This document shows positions 61,801 through 64,000 of a stretch of 64,000 nucleotides of DNA, in pieces (position 1 is the stretch's first letter; each line of letters starts with the position of its first letter). Made by a program: the position numbers and the translations under genes. This stretch comes from Yuukianura sp. NJ FZ-2021 (Eukaryota), in contig CM102284.1 of NCBI GenBank assembly GCA_046563655.1, positions 930,001-994,000 on the forward strand, given 5' to 3'. The notes under the pieces were generated by a model. The model ran no database searches. It saw only the letters and a program-made list of their open reading frames with translations, and had not been told where the DNA came from.

Positions 61801-63980
61801 CCGCCCATCTGACGTGGTTTATTTGCGTTAACAATTCGAAATTCAAACTATGGCTCAGCAACGTCAAAATTAAAAAGATTAAAATAATATTGTGAAAATA
61901 AAAAAAATTGGTCCAAAAGTTGTTTCGTGTATCGTAAAAAAAATGTAAATTATTGCACAACGTGTTAGTGCATTTCTATAAATCGACGTTATAGCAACCT
62001 TGGTCCAGGGGTGACATTGAATTTCACGAGCTGTCCACTTGTACTCTAATTTCCTTTCTCTACTTACATATGGCGTTTACAACGGTTTATTTTTTTGTTT
62101 ATACGTTCTAAAAAACCGCAAGTACCTTCTGGACCAGTGCTTTGTAATTTGACTTCTCCTGCAACACTATGTGGAATTGTGAGAATGACAATGACGCCGT
62201 TTGAGTCTGGTTGGGGCATCGTGAGACTTAAATCTTCCAGCGGTGAGCCTGGAACGCAAAGTGGGTTTCCAGCACAGTAAGTTCCAAAAATTGAGAATTG
62301 GATATCCGGTATTTCTTGATTCGGATTTTGAGACGTCGAGAAGTAGCCAGTAGCAAATGCCGCTGCAGGAACACTCAATGGTCCTGGAGGATTTTGCAAT
62401 TATGAAAATTTCAGAGTTTCCAAAAAACGCAGTTTTTTTTTTAAATTTGTGTAATTTGGTGTTTCACATCTTGTTTTAAACATACCAGTTCCGTATTTCA
62501 CGTAGTCTAGAAAGTCGGAGGCGTTGAGGTCACGTACAGCGTCATAGGCAACGTGATTGGCGGAAAATTCAAATCGATCAATCAATACAGTTACATGTTC
62601 TTGGTAATTTTTTCCAACTGGCAAATCTCTCAAAACTGGAACCTAAAAAATAGTAAAACTTTTTTTTTATTAGTTTGTGAAGTTGGAGTGTATTCCTATG
62701 CGTGTTATATGCAAGTGCGCGTTATACGAAAAGAAATGAACTAGTCTATAAAAAACACAGATTGACCTACATTTAGTTCTTCCAGATGCTCTCGAGGCCC
62801 AATGCCAGACAACATGAGTATTTTGGGAGAGTCGATTGTACCTGCGCAGAGGATGATTTCTGTGTGCGCAGTGACGGTGCGTGTGACCCCGTGTCGAATG
62901 TAGGTCACACTTCTTGCACGCATGTCTGCGTCCACATTGACCTTCATGACCCGAGCGTATCTGTACACTTTGAGATTTGGTCTGCCCAGCACAGGGCGAA
63001 GGAAGGCTTGGTAGGGACCCCATCTTCTCCCGCCATTAATGTTGTATTCATATAAATCGAAGGCGGGAGAATTGTGCACTCCAGTATTCAAATCTCCAAT
63101 GTTGCAACCTATCTCTTCACATGCTGCAAAAAAGTACTCCGAGGAAGGTGTGAATGTTGGCGAAGTCACGACGGCTTCTCCATCACTGTTGTGGTAACGA
63201 CTAAAAATCAGCAGGTTTAAGGAAAATATTGAAAAATACACTTAAAAACAAAAATTTCAAAAATTACGTGTCTATCGGTTGGTGTCTTCCAAAATACGCA
63301 TCGAATTTTTTGAAAAAGTGTAAAACACTGTTCCAGCTCCAAATGCTGTCGCCGGTTAGCTCCGCCCATTCGTCGTAGCAACTGCCTGCACAGCGCTGAT
63401 AAATCATGTAGTTCATGTTCCCGCTGCCGCCTAGTCCTTTGCCACGAATGGCGTGTAGCTTCTAAAACAAAAAACAAAACAAAGAAATTATGTTTTCAAA
63501 ATATTGAAACCAGGCTTATATCTTAAAAACCAAAAAACTATGAAATATTTGAATTATGATTTATTTATTATTATTATTTGAATTTTAGAATGAAGTTGGA
63601 AAGTATAAAATTACATTTCCAGTAGAATGGAAACTGTTTTCCTGTGGAACTGTGAAGTACTGGAAATCCGTGTCTGGAGTCACTTGGATTGGGGTATACA
63701 TGGGCACATCTTGTATTGGATCAGGATCTCCTCCAATGTCCAATAGGAGAACAGAGATTCCGAGGTCACTTGACAGGCGATTGGTCACTACTGACCCTGC
63801 TGACCCCCCTCCAACCACGATGTAGTCAAAAGTCTCTTCTTCCGCAAACAATCCAGCGTTCTGACTTTGTAGAAATTCGTTCCGATCAATATTTTCCCGC
63901 GTTTTTGCATTTTGTTTTAGAAAAAACGGAATTGAACTCAACACGCTCGTAAAAAATAGGACGTTACTCACTGCAGACAT
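58848..63980 (-). CDS. GMC oxidoreductase, copy 5 (introns expanded by transposons)
   Basis: Same motifs; WHPVGTCRMG; ATG at 63980. Confidence 0.88.
60221..61059. mobile_element. hAT-like element rich in ggtttaaacc motifs, nested in 59465-61357
   Basis: Flanked by tttctgag / tttctgat (7 of 8 match); right terminus gtcaccctg; left terminus degenerate. Confidence 0.55.
60240..60633. mobile_element. hAT-type MITE (cagtgttg family) nested in 60221-61059
   Basis: Termini cagcgttgctg / tccaacaacactg; TSD gttttttc / gtttttta; inverted homolog of 55873-56279. Confidence 0.8.
61572..62090. mobile_element. HINE/DINE-1-like element in a GMC copy 5 intron
   Basis: agtagcgaaagtatgagctact 5' hairpin, (gtct)n tract, 3' ctctacttacatatggcgtttacaacggtt, in T-rich flanks. 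Related decayed copies lie upstream of GMC copies 1-4. Confidence 0.6.
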
Positions 63981-64000
63981 CCTGTGATCCGAAAACCGTT

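Noticed and set aside
46264-63055. Recurrent overlapping ORFs in GMC genes (MGSLPSLPSP..., MLSRPNARQH...)
   Set aside because: Shadow frames of the homogenised exon.

Overview
AT-rich, intron-containing eukaryotic (arthropod-like) DNA. Gene content and style suggest a basal hexapod such as a springtail, but this is inference only. Left to right: (1) 1.6-20.2 kb, a tandem array of five intronless ~800-aa divergent ionotropic-receptor-like genes (one frameshifted) plus two 3' remnants; (2) an atypical calpain lacking EF-hands; (3) a ~5.45-kb accessory island (23550-28999) bounded by TTAA and degenerate inverted termini, holding decayed innexin, Tc1/mariner and JmjC-like fragments, a 253-bp higher-order tandem repeat, and a CRISPR-like array of nine repeats that look complementary to mature tRNA 3' ends including CCA (primer-binding-site-like); (4) CRIPT, Tim22, a His/Gly-rich secreted protein, two SLC18B1-like MFS paralogs and a MITE-disrupted unknown gene; (5) 44.9-64 kb, five tandem GMC oxidoreductase genes with gene-conversion tracts and nested non-autonomous transposons. 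The tRNA-complementary array is the most unusual feature. All calls were made by eye with no searches run; tRNA identities come from recalled insect tRNA sequences and need checking.
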